From IMG/VR virus record IMGVR_UViG_3300021411_000017, positions 1-35,237 of that record: DNA of 35,237 nt. The stretch is one strand, 5' to 3'. This document shows positions 8,219-16,429 of the stretch, in pieces. Source of the DNA: a virus (Duplodnaviria > Caudoviricetes). The number at the start of each line of letters is the position of its first letter. Position 1 is the first letter of the stretch. The notes below the pieces were generated by a model. The model ran no database searches, had not been told where the DNA came from, and worked only from the letters and a program-made list of their open reading frames with translations. The translations under genes and the position numbers were made by a program.

Positions 8219-8461
8219 ATGGATGGGCAACAAAGACAACCAAAGCTAGAAATAAGAGTTGAAAAATGGTGGATAACTACTATCTTAACTCATTCATTAT
8301 GTATTCACGGTGATTTCTATGGGCTACCAGATTTTAAAGATGGAGAATATACTATGGTAGAGATAGAGAGAATAGATATGATTAGAGGTATAGCTGAGAG
8401 CGAAGAAGCCTATATTAAACTAGGTAATCAAATGAGTTTAGATGAGCTAAAGAAAGGATAG
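8219..8461 (+). CDS. Hypothetical protein, paralogue 1 of a tandem pair
   Basis: Aligns with 8528..8725 (RQPKLE.RVE.WW...G.FY.LPD.K.G...AESEEAYIKL). Confidence 0.7.
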   Translation: MDGQQRQPKLEIRVEKWWITTILTHSLCIHGDFYGLPDFKDGEYTMVEIERIDMIRGIAESEEAYIKLGNQMSLDELKKG

Positions 8462-8464
8462 ATA

Positions 8465-8509
8465 ATGGCCTCAACAGCACACCAAGTTCATGATATTACT
8501 AAAAATTAA
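8465..8509 (+). pseudogene. Truncated duplicate of the 5' end of the ParB-MTase gene
   Basis: MASTAHQVHDITKN* versus MASTEQQVHDITKIF at 8786. Confidence 0.75.
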
Positions 8510-8527
8510 TAGAGAGATAAATACATC

Positions 8528-8725
8528 ATGGAAAGACAACCTAAATTAGAGTGTAGAGTAGAGTATTGGTGGGCTAATACTATGATTACAGGCACACTAA
8601 TGCTCTCTGGAAACTTCTATAACCTACCAGATCATAAGAATGGAGCCTTCACTACAATAGAAATTATTAAATTAGATATGATAAATATGGTGGCAGAGTC
8701 AGAAGAAGCTTACATCAAACTATAA
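8528..8725 (+). CDS. Hypothetical protein, paralogue 2 of a tandem pair
   Basis: Clear alignment with 8219..8461. Confidence 0.7.
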   Translation: MERQPKLECRVEYWWANTMITGTLMLSGNFYNLPDHKNGAFTTIEIIKLDMINMVAESEEAYIKL

Positions 8726-8785
8726 TGGATATAGAAAAATGCTTAAAAGATAAGTAAAAGTAAAAAAGGGGGAGGGTTAAAGTTA

Positions 8786-10195
8786 ATGGCTTCAACAGAG
8801 CAGCAAGTACATGATATTACTAAGATCTTTATTCCACCAGACAGGCAAAGGACTAAGGTTAGTGAAGGTAAAATCAGTTCGTTAGCAGTGAGTATACAGA
8901 CAAAAGGGCTGTTGAATCCTATAGTTGTAGCCCCACTTGATCGTGTCCGGTTTCCGGACGCAGCCAAGCATTTAGACGTACAGCTAGTTGCTGGCTACCG
9001 ACGCTACTTATCTTTTGCATTACTCAAGAAGCTTCAAATTCCAGTCAATTTTAGGGATGATATAACTGATAGAGTTTTGCTGGAAGAGATTGAACTAGAC
9101 GAGAATCTTGAACGTGAGGAACTTAGCTGGCAAGATGAAATTCGTGCTAAGGCTCGTCTAGTAGAGCTACGAAAAGAAAATTACGGCGAGGGAATACGAG
9201 AAGTAGCTGAGAAGATTGGTGAGTCTAGAGGTGAGTTATGGGAAGACGCTAATCTCGCCAAAGCTATGACTGTTTTACCTGAACTTGGAGAGGCTAAAAA
9301 CAAAAGTGCTGCTAAGTCTAAATTGCGCTTATTAAACCAACGTGCTACTCTCATGGTCAAAGCTCAGGAGTATCAGGTAGGTACTCGCACTATCAATCCT
9401 GACATTTCTAAATACATATTTCTAGGTGATTGCCTGGAGACTATCAGAAGCTGGGAGTCTGCTTCTATTGATTGCGTCGTTACTGATCCTCCTTATGGCA
9501 TAAACCTAGATGTCGGCCAAACTAAACGTGACTCCCATCATCCAGTTATCTATAGTGATAACACTTATGATATCATGGATCTTACTACCTTAGTAATCAA
9601 AGAAGCTTATCGCTTGTTAAAAGACAATACCCACGCTTACTTCTTCTTCGATATCAAAGCCTACCCCAAGATCATAAGGATGCTCACCGATGCAGGATTC
9701 ACTGTCGAGCCTATGCCCCTTATTTGGACCAAGCCTGGACCAGGTCAAACTAATCATCCTGAAAGTCGGTGGGGATCTGGCTATGAAACCTGTTTTTTCT
9801 GCCGTAAAGGTACTCGTCCCCTTCTTAAACAAGGACAATCGAACGTACTTCCTCACGATCCGGTGCCGGCAGCTCAAAAGATCCATCCAGTTGAAAAACC
9901 AGTTTCGCTTATTCGACAACTCATTGAAAGTTCTACTGCACCAGGAGAGGTGGTTGTTGACTTTTTTGGAGGATCTGGCTCCACTGCTGAAGCAGCTCTC
10001 CAGCTCAATAGAAATTTCCGCATCTGCGAGAAAGACCCGGCCTTCCATGCGGGTATTGTCGAACGTCTACAAAAGTTCTCTAACAAGGATAGTAATATTG
10101 AACCTGGAAGGCAAGATAGTAACGGACACTCTATAAATCTAAAAGAAACTATCAAATCTAAGTTCGATCCACTAGCTGGAGAAGAGGAGGACTAA
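8786..10195 (+). CDS. ParB-like domain + HTH + beta-class N6A/N4C DNA methyltransferase fusion
   Basis: ParB motifs GLLNPIVV, LVAGYRR, ENLEREEL; HTH GIREVAEKIGESRGELWE; MTase motifs VTDPPY, HPVEKP, DFFGGSGST in beta-class order. Confidence 0.9.
   Translation: MASTEQQVHDITKIFIPPDRQRTKVSEGKISSLAVSIQTKGLLNPIVVAPLDRVRFPDAAKHLDVQLVAGYRRYLSFALLKKLQIPVNFRDDITDRVLLEEIELDENLEREELSWQDEIRAKARLVELRKENYGEGIREVAEKIGESRGELWEDANLAKAMTVLPELGEAKNKSAAKSKLRLLNQRATLMVKAQEYQVGTRTINPDISKYIFLGDCLETIRSWESASIDCVVTDPPYGINLDVGQTKRDSHHPVIYSDNTYDIMDLTTLVIKEAYRLLKDNTHAYFFFDIKAYPKIIRMLTDAGFTVEPMPLIWTKPGPGQTNHPESRWGSGYETCFFCRKGTRPLLKQGQSNVLPHDPVPAAQKIHPVEKPVSLIRQLIESSTAPGEVVVDFFGGSGSTAEAALQLNRNFRICEKDPAFHAGIVERLQKFSNKDSNIEPGRQDSNGHSINLKETIKSKFDPLAGEEED
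8944..8960. promoter_or_regulatory. 17-bp palindromic site, copy 2 (TGTCCGGTTTCCGGACG)
   Basis: Inside the ParB-domain coding sequence. Confidence 0.75.
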
Positions 10196-10539
10196 TGGCT
10201 AACGAATCTAAAAATAGTAAAGAAGAAATAAGAGAGATAGCACTTGAAATAACTAAAAATTTAACCGCAGAAGGTAAGCTAATAGAGGGCGGCTTCATGG
10301 CTTTCAAAATTATTGTAATGCCTCCGAACGTACCAGATTATCAAGTACGTGATATGAGGCTAGCCTTCTTTGCTGGCGCTGAACATCTATTCTCTAGCAT
10401 ACTGGCTATAATGGATAGTGATAGAGAACCTACAGCAGCAGATGAAAAAAAGATGGATCTAATCAACGCGGAGCTCGCGAAGTTTAGAGCTGATATGGCT
10501 ATGCTATTTGCAGCTTCTTCAAAATCAGGTCAAGCTTAA
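10195..10539 (+). CDS. Hypothetical phage protein
   Basis: TAATG coupling, GGAGG SD, Q...MRLAFFAGA motif recurrent in phages. Confidence 0.7.
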   Translation: MANESKNSKEEIREIALEITKNLTAEGKLIEGGFMAFKIIVMPPNVPDYQVRDMRLAFFAGAEHLFSSILAIMDSDREPTAADEKKMDLINAELAKFRADMAMLFAASSKSGQA

Positions 10540-10598
10540 TAGTTAATAGTTAATAATTAATAATTAATAGTTAATAATTAATAATTAATAGTTAATAT
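10536..10598. repeat. Tandem array of nine TTAATA(G/A/T) heptamers
   Basis: Units start at 10536, 10543, ... 10592; last bases G,G,A,A,G,A,A,G,T. Confidence 0.95.
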
Positions 10599-10599
10599 T

Positions 10600-13194
10600 A
10601 TGAGTGAAATTCAATTACCTCAAGAAAACCTCTACAAGATACAATGTCCTGCTACTTTAATACAAGGTAGTCAGATAATGTTTGTAGGAGAAGCACCAGG
10701 AAGTAATGAGCTTATCTGGCATGTCTGTAATAGTTGCGGTAATGGTGCTCCTTATCCTGGTCTATGTAGAGTTAAGTTCTGTAGAGGATCCTTAGTTTTC
10801 AAGCCTCAAGGTTTTGTTGGCGCTTCTGGTGCTATGTTAAGGAGAGCTTGCCAGCATGCTAAGATCAATTTCGATGCTTGCTCAAGAAATAATGTAGTTA
10901 AGAGAAAACCAGGAGGAGAAGACTTTGGAAGTTTCTATCACGACCCAAAGGAGCGGAAGCGACCAACACAGGAGTTGCAGTGGTGGAGAAACCGCCTTTG
11001 CGATGAGATTAATAGCTACAGGCCTAATGTTGTTGTGGCTAATGGTAACGAGGCGCTTAAAGCTCTATGTCCTTCGTTAGCAGGCATTACTACGTGGCAA
11101 GGTAGTATTTTGATTAGTGAAGTTATTAAAGATCTTAAAGTTATTCCGATGCTACATCCTTCTTTTATAATGAGAGACAACTGGCAGTATTACTATGTAA
11201 TGTCCAGACAGATGAAAAGGATAGCTGTAGAAGCGCAAGGTAGAGAGATTATACAAAAGGAGCCATTAGATGAATTCTGCATCGCTCCCACCATCAAACA
11301 AGTTCTATCGTTTCTCACTGTTATTGGAGCATCGAGACAAGAATGGTACTTGGATATCGAGACAGTTGGCGATTCAATCAGATGCTTCGGCCTCTATTCT
11401 GCAGCAGTACCAAATTTCGCAATGTGCGTCCCGCTTCAGAAAACTTCTGGCCCAGCATGGAGTGTGGTGGATGAAGCATCTATCTGGCGAGAGCTCTCAC
11501 TCACTTTTAGGGACAATCCACACTTTGCAAATCAGAACTGTGTCTATGACTTGGACTACTTACTCGATTTCGGATGCGAGCCATCTAATATTGAGTTCGA
11601 TTCAATGCAAGGAACACAAGTAGCTTATCCTGAGTATCCTAAGAAGTTAGAATTTACAACTATGTTATACACCTTCTACCCCTATTATAAAGATGAGGGG
11701 CAGACATGGAAGAAAAAGGAGCCAGATGATAAAGTCTTTACTTACAACTGCAAGGACATGGTGGCTACGGCTAAAGTCAGTAAAGCACTCAAAGAAGACA
11801 TTAACAGTGCAGGACTGGCAGATGTCTATGAACGTAGAGTTAGGCGATTTTATCCCATTGCAATGGAAATGCAGAGAAATAGACTGCGTCTTGATAGACA
11901 TTGGCACGACAGGCTTAAGGATCTCCTCGTTTTGGAGCGAGACAAACAGCAGTCAAATCTGGACAAACTCATTGGATACCCAATCAATGTCAAATCAAGA
12001 GATCAAGTTGCTAAACTCCTTTTTACAGAACTACGGCTTCCAGCTAAAAAGAAGCGAGGATCTCAAAATATCACTACTGATGAAAATGCCTTGAGAGAGT
12101 TACGAGCCGCGCATCCTAGTGTTGAGGCTTTGAACAAGATATTAGAGATCAGGCATTTAAGGACTAAGAAAAGTAACTTTATAGATGTGGAGTTTGATAA
12201 TGCTAGCAACTGTGGCAGTGGTGATGGAGAGTCTTATCTTGGCTATACTGTGGGTATTAGCAGTGCGAAGACTGGTCGGTGGGCTTTTGGTAGTTCAACT
12301 AAATGGCGAGGTTCATCTCCACAGACCGTATCCAAAGTTATGCGTCTGCAATATGCGCCTCCTATCGTGGATGGCAAGTCATATGTGTTCTGGCAAAGAG
12401 ACTTATCGCAAGCTGAAGCTAGAATTGTGGCTTGGTTGTCTAATTGTAGGTTTCTTCTCGATGTTTTTAATAGTCCTATCAAGATTCATAAAGTGGTAGG
12501 AGGTAGGATATACAAAAAAGATCCTCTAAAGATAGAGTCAGATAGCATGGAGTATGATATCAGTAAGAGGATTGTCCATGCCTATAACTATATGACTCAG
12601 TGGAAGAAGATAGCGACAGTAGCTAATCTACCCTACGATTTTGCGAGACAGGCCTATGAAGCTTATAGCAAGGAAGTTCCAGAGATTGGTCAGTGGTGGA
12701 GAAAGACAGGAAAAGAAGCGACAGAAAAAGGTAGACTCACTACTCCTTTCGGTAGAGTTAGGCAATGTTTTAGCGCTTGCTCAGCTGTGGCGGCTACTGG
12801 TACTTTGCCAGACGATATTCTTAGAGACTTGGTAAGCTACGTTCCACAAGCTACTGTTCCTGATTTGCTAAACGAAGCAATGTGGAAAGTCTGGAATGAG
12901 AATGATTGGGTAAGGTGGCATCAACAAGGGCATGACAGCTACTTGGCAAGTGGGCCAGCTAATAGGACGTTAGAGTTCTATGACAAGACACAAGAAGCTC
13001 ATAATATTAGTTTTCTACTTAATGGTCACGACTGTCATATACCAAGTGAAATGCAGTGGGGCTATCTCTGGGGTGCAATGCTAGAGTATAAAATAGGCGA
13101 AGATACTAGCTATGCAGCCTGGCAAGATAGAGCAACTAAAGAAGGTTTTTTCGAGGAAAGTAAGATTATCAAGAAGTTATACCAAATGAACTAG
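10600..13194 (+). CDS. polA: Family A DNA polymerase with N-terminal uracil-DNA glycosylase-like domain and 3'-5' exonuclease
   Basis: UDG motifs GEAPG, FVGASG, LHPS; exonuclease LDIET, NCVYD, YNCKD; polymerase TGR, DLSQAEAR (A), KRIVHAYNY (B), QGHDS (C). Confidence 0.92.
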   Translation: MSEIQLPQENLYKIQCPATLIQGSQIMFVGEAPGSNELIWHVCNSCGNGAPYPGLCRVKFCRGSLVFKPQGFVGASGAMLRRACQHAKINFDACSRNNVVKRKPGGEDFGSFYHDPKERKRPTQELQWWRNRLCDEINSYRPNVVVANGNEALKALCPSLAGITTWQGSILISEVIKDLKVIPMLHPSFIMRDNWQYYYVMSRQMKRIAVEAQGREIIQKEPLDEFCIAPTIKQVLSFLTVIGASRQEWYLDIETVGDSIRCFGLYSAAVPNFAMCVPLQKTSGPAWSVVDEASIWRELSLTFRDNPHFANQNCVYDLDYLLDFGCEPSNIEFDSMQGTQVAYPEYPKKLEFTTMLYTFYPYYKDEGQTWKKKEPDDKVFTYNCKDMVATAKVSKALKEDINSAGLADVYERRVRRFYPIAMEMQRNRLRLDRHWHDRLKDLLVLERDKQQSNLDKLIGYPINVKSRDQVAKLLFTELRLPAKKKRGSQNITTDENALRELRAAHPSVEALNKILEIRHLRTKKSNFIDVEFDNASNCGSGDGESYLGYTVGISSAKTGRWAFGSSTKWRGSSPQTVSKVMRLQYAPPIVDGKSYVFWQRDLSQAEARIVAWLSNCRFLLDVFNSPIKIHKVVGGRIYKKDPLKIESDSMEYDISKRIVHAYNYMTQWKKIATVANLPYDFARQAYEAYSKEVPEIGQWWRKTGKEATEKGRLTTPFGRVRQCFSACSAVAATGTLPDDILRDLVSYVPQATVPDLLNEAMWKVWNENDWVRWHQQGHDSYLASGPANRTLEFYDKTQEAHNISFLLNGHDCHIPSEMQWGYLWGAMLEYKIGEDTSYAAWQDRATKEGFFEESKIIKKLYQMN

Positions 13195-13210
13195 CTGGGG
13201 GGCTAGAATA

Positions 13211-13468
13211 ATGGCTGAGAGAATAGGTGAGTCACGCAAGAATTTACTTAAAGAAGGCATGAAATTTTGGTCTGATAACATCAAGGCAATGTTAGCTACT
13301 AAGTTTGGTAAGGGCAAGTTAGGCCATATATTAGTAGTTTTCCCTTTTGGCGAAGCTACTGAATGTAGCTATATCAGCGATACTGATGGCAGAGGCCTAG
13401 CAATGATGCTTAGGCACTTAGCTGACAGAATAGAAAACCCCAATAGTAAAATTATAAAGACGCACTAA
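13211..13468 (+). CDS. Hypothetical protein
   Basis: Tiles between the polymerase and helicase genes. Confidence 0.65.
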   Translation: MAERIGESRKNLLKEGMKFWSDNIKAMLATKFGKGKLGHILVVFPFGEATECSYISDTDGRGLAMMLRHLADRIENPNSKIIKTH

Positions 13469-13502
13469 CTGGCTACTGTAGTTAGTAGCTAGGAGGTGCG
13501 CG

Positions 13503-14768
13503 ATGAGCAGGCGAAATTTAGGAAATTGGCTACGGGCTTATATTGAGTATACAGCGGAGACGGAGTCACCAGATCAATATCACTATTGGACCGCTGTTAG
13601 TTTGATAGCTGCAGCAACGAGAAGACAAGTATGGCTAAACTTACATTACTTTAAAATCTTCCCTAATATGTACGTCTTTCTAGTAGGGCCATCAGGAGCT
13701 AGAAAGTCTATAGCTACAGAGATAGGAATGAAGATTGCTGAGGAAGTGGGAATTAAGAAGTTTAGCAATAAGATTACTGGAGCGGCTTTAATTAAGGACT
13801 TGTCAGAAGCTACAGAAAAGGAGGTTATAGGGAATGAGATACAGCTATTCTCGCCCTTAATGATCTATGCGTCAGAACTTGGTGTTTTTATGGGTAGCGA
13901 TGCCTATGGATCAGGTGTCATTGCAGACCTTACTGACTTGTACGACTGCCCTTCCAAGTGGGAGAAGAAAACTATTTCTCGTGGTGCTGAGACAATCTTT
14001 GCACCTTTTACGACTATGTTGGCAGCTACTACTCCGCAGACCCTTAAAGATACAGTACCTACAGGAGCGGTTGGTCAGGGATTCACTTCACGTGTTCTAT
14101 TCATTTGGGGAGCCGGACGGCGCAAAAGAATACCTATCCCACCTTGGGGAGTAGAATATGAGATGCTCAAGAGTAACCTTATCGCGGACCTTAGGCATAT
14201 TGGGACTATTAGAGGGCAATTTAGTTTTAGCCCAGAAGGGTTTAAGGTCTATAAGAATCATTATATGGAGAGACTTGAACCTGAAGACGAGTATGAGGAC
14301 GAGAGGCTTAGAGGTTACTCTTCGCGCAAAGATATACATACTCTTAAACTTGCTCAGTGTATCTCTCTATCTCACAAAGATGATCTCATTATCACTGAAG
14401 AAGATATGGTCTCTGCTATAGAGGCTATTAAGTGGATAGATCAAGGACTACCATATGTGTTTGAGGGGCATGGACATGCAGCTAATGCAGGTGATGTTGT
14501 TAGAATATTTAGACAGATTGAAGCAGCCACTAAGAATATTGGTTATGCTAGCCATCCTGATCTGGTTAGGAAGAACTATAGTCATCTTAATGCTGCCGAG
14601 TTCGCTACTGTTATGCAAACCTTGCATGATTCTGGCGCTATAGAAGAGATAGTTACGAAGGACGCCAAGACAATGAAGATCATTAAAGTTTATAGAGTGG
14701 TAGATGGAAGTTTCTTGAAGAAGATGAAAGCTGGTGTTCCTAGTGGTTTGAATGGGAAGGAGGATTAA
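13503..14768 (+). CDS. DUF3987/YfjI-like P-loop NTPase, probable replicative helicase
   Basis: PNMYVFLVGPSGARKS Walker A, ASELG Walker B-like, LYD, GFTSR arginine finger; AGGAGGTG SD. Confidence 0.8.
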   Translation: MSRRNLGNWLRAYIEYTAETESPDQYHYWTAVSLIAAATRRQVWLNLHYFKIFPNMYVFLVGPSGARKSIATEIGMKIAEEVGIKKFSNKITGAALIKDLSEATEKEVIGNEIQLFSPLMIYASELGVFMGSDAYGSGVIADLTDLYDCPSKWEKKTISRGAETIFAPFTTMLAATTPQTLKDTVPTGAVGQGFTSRVLFIWGAGRRKRIPIPPWGVEYEMLKSNLIADLRHIGTIRGQFSFSPEGFKVYKNHYMERLEPEDEYEDERLRGYSSRKDIHTLKLAQCISLSHKDDLIITEEDMVSAIEAIKWIDQGLPYVFEGHGHAANAGDVVRIFRQIEAATKNIGYASHPDLVRKNYSHLNAAEFATVMQTLHDSGAIEEIVTKDAKTMKIIKVYRVVDGSFLKKMKAGVPSGLNGKED

Positions 14769-14929
14769 TGGAGGTAGTACTAACAAAAGTATGTGAGCTA
14801 CATAAACATAAACCATGTTGTGGCTGTAGCTGTCATGTTTGTGCTAATGACCATGATACTGGAGGTAATAGACATACAGAAGAATGTCAAGAAAGGGTGC
14901 TAGAAGAGTATGCCAACACCAATAACTAG
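14768..14929 (+). CDS. Cys/His-rich 53-aa peptide, not in the ORF track
   Basis: MEVVLTKVCELHKHKPCCGCSCHVCANDHDTGGNRHTEECQERVLEEYANTNN; TAATG coupling, AAGGAGG SD. Confidence 0.55.
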   Translation: MEVVLTKVCELHKHKPCCGCSCHVCANDHDTGGNRHTEECQERVLEEYANTNN

Positions 14930-15104
14930 TGGAAAGGAGATATTAGAATTGTGGAAGAAGAAGTATCCACTTCATTATAGCTGTATAAATGAGTGTGCGG
15001 TCGGATATCTAGAGGAATTGATAGATATGGCGCTGCATCAAACTATGGAAATAGCAGCTAGTGAATATCTATTGATAGCAAAGAAGCTAGCAGATAAAGA
15101 TTAA
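14910..15104 (+). CDS. Hypothetical protein
   Basis: ORF in the operon direction. Confidence 0.55.
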   Translation: MPTPITSGKEILELWKKKYPLHYSCINECAVGYLEELIDMALHQTMEIAASEYLLIAKKLADKD

Positions 15105-15118
15105 GGAGATTTAAAGTT

Positions 15119-15250
15119 ATGACTCCTATTATGGTTGATGCCTTAATTAGTGTAGTATTAGGAGTCGCAATAATAGTAACAATAGTTGCTGGATGGCGCG
15201 TAGTAATGTTAATAATTAACAACTATCAAAATAGGAGAAAATGGCAATGA
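15119..15250 (+). CDS. Single-pass membrane peptide, 43 aa, not in the ORF track
   Basis: MTPIMVDALISVVLGVAIIVTIVAGWRVVMLIINNYQNRRKWQ; AAGGAG SD; hydrophobic helix with basic tail. Confidence 0.6.
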   Translation: MTPIMVDALISVVLGVAIIVTIVAGWRVVMLIINNYQNRRKWQ

Positions 15251-15747
15251 GAAACGATGAGTTTGATAAGATGGTTACTGGATTTAGGAGCCAACAAGAC
15301 AATCTTATTCTCAGGAAAGGGCATGACTATACAACAGGTCATGGTACTGAGGATAGGCTATATAACTTCAAATGGGTGGGCGAGATGCTAGATATTAGCC
15401 CATTGAAGGTAGCAGGTATCTACTGGTTAAAGCATGTCTTAGCTATCACTACTTACATCAAGTATGGTGGAGTGTTGAGTGACGAGAGTATTGATAGTAG
15501 ATTGCTAGACGAGAGTAACTATAACTTATTAATAACAGCCATTATAGATGAAGCTAGATGTAATGCTACGGAGGGGCCAGCAGCTAGAGCACTAAGAGAA
15601 GTAAGAGAATATAATGATCCGCAACAAGTACGCCACGGTCATCCTGTCCGTAATCCGGACAAACGAGCAGATACAGACAAAGGAGGCATGCCTAAAAATC
15701 CTGAAATGCCAAATCCTTATGATAATCTAATACGTGGTAGAGAATAA
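15241..15747 (+). CDS. Nucleotide-modification-associated domain 1 (Nmad1/DUF1599-like) all-alpha protein, possible dNTP pyrophosphatase
   Basis: KGHDY...DRLYNF...LKH...ESIDSRLLDESNY motif series. Confidence 0.65.
   Translation: MAMRNDEFDKMVTGFRSQQDNLILRKGHDYTTGHGTEDRLYNFKWVGEMLDISPLKVAGIYWLKHVLAITTYIKYGGVLSDESIDSRLLDESNYNLLITAIIDEARCNATEGPAARALREVREYNDPQQVRHGHPVRNPDKRADTDKGGMPKNPEMPNPYDNLIRGRE
15645..15661. promoter_or_regulatory. 17-bp palindromic site, copy 3 (TGTCCGTAATCCGGACA)
   Basis: Exact reverse complement of copy 1; identity extends to 20 bp. Confidence 0.8.
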
Positions 15748-15758
15748 TAGGAATAACA

Positions 15759-16184
15759 ATGAAACAGCTAATTGATATAGCTATAGCTACTATAACGATA
15801 GCCATGGAAGCTGGTGGCGAATCTAATTTAGGTAAGCGCGCCGTAGCTCATGTATTAGTTAATAGAGTTAAGGCTGGACGTTCTATGACTGATGTCGTCT
15901 TAGATCCTTACGACTTTAGCTGTTGGGACACTAAATCTCCCACTCGTATGAATCTAGACAAGATAACAGATGCTCAATGGTATGATTGCTTCTCTATAGC
16001 TTTAGGAGCTATGTTAGGCAAGGAAGAAGATCCAACTAATGGCGCTATCTATTATCTAAATGTAGGAGTTGTCATGTCTACTGCTGGCAAGCTACCAGAT
16101 TGGTGGTCTATAGATGGTGATTCTTCTACTGAGATAGAGATAGGACATCATACTTTCAGGCGTCCTAAACCTAGAGTTTCATAA
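15759..16184 (+). CDS. SleB/Hydrolase_2 cell wall hydrolase (probable endolysin)
   Basis: TIAMEAGGE, AVAHVLVNR, FSCW, DPTNGAIYY, IGHHTF. Confidence 0.9.
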   Translation: MKQLIDIAIATITIAMEAGGESNLGKRAVAHVLVNRVKAGRSMTDVVLDPYDFSCWDTKSPTRMNLDKITDAQWYDCFSIALGAMLGKEEDPTNGAIYYLNVGVVMSTAGKLPDWWSIDGDSSTEIEIGHHTFRRPKPRVS

Positions 16185-16213
16185 ATCTAATAATAAACTA
16201 CTAATTACTAATA

Positions 16214-16429
16214 ATGAGTTCTACCACTCGTTTATGGGAAGATCTGGAGAACTACCCTAATTGTCTATTATTCACTTGGGTAGAAGATGGCCAAGATGCA
16301 ATTACAGTAGCTCTCCAGAAACCTTGCTCATTTAAAGAAGCTGAAGAAAGGGCTATAAAAGTATGCGAGGGGAGATTACAGCAACTATCCACTTTATCTT
16401 CTATGCTATTACCCACCGCCGGGCGCTAA
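16214..16429 (+). CDS. Hypothetical protein, last gene of the + arm
   Basis: ORF whose 3' end overlaps the convergent gene by 21 bp; no clear SD. Confidence 0.45.
   Translation: MSSTTRLWEDLENYPNCLLFTWVEDGQDAITVALQKPCSFKEAEERAIKVCEGRLQQLSTLSSMLLPTAGR

Noticed and set aside
9617-14816. Alternative-frame and antisense ORFs inside the MTase, polymerase and helicase genes
   Set aside because: Shadow ORFs of motif-supported genes, with no SD or recognisable motifs
10600-15747. Specific Z-base, hmU or deazaguanine pathway
   Set aside because: No PurZ, dUMP hydroxymethylase, Que or DpdA genes recognisable in the window
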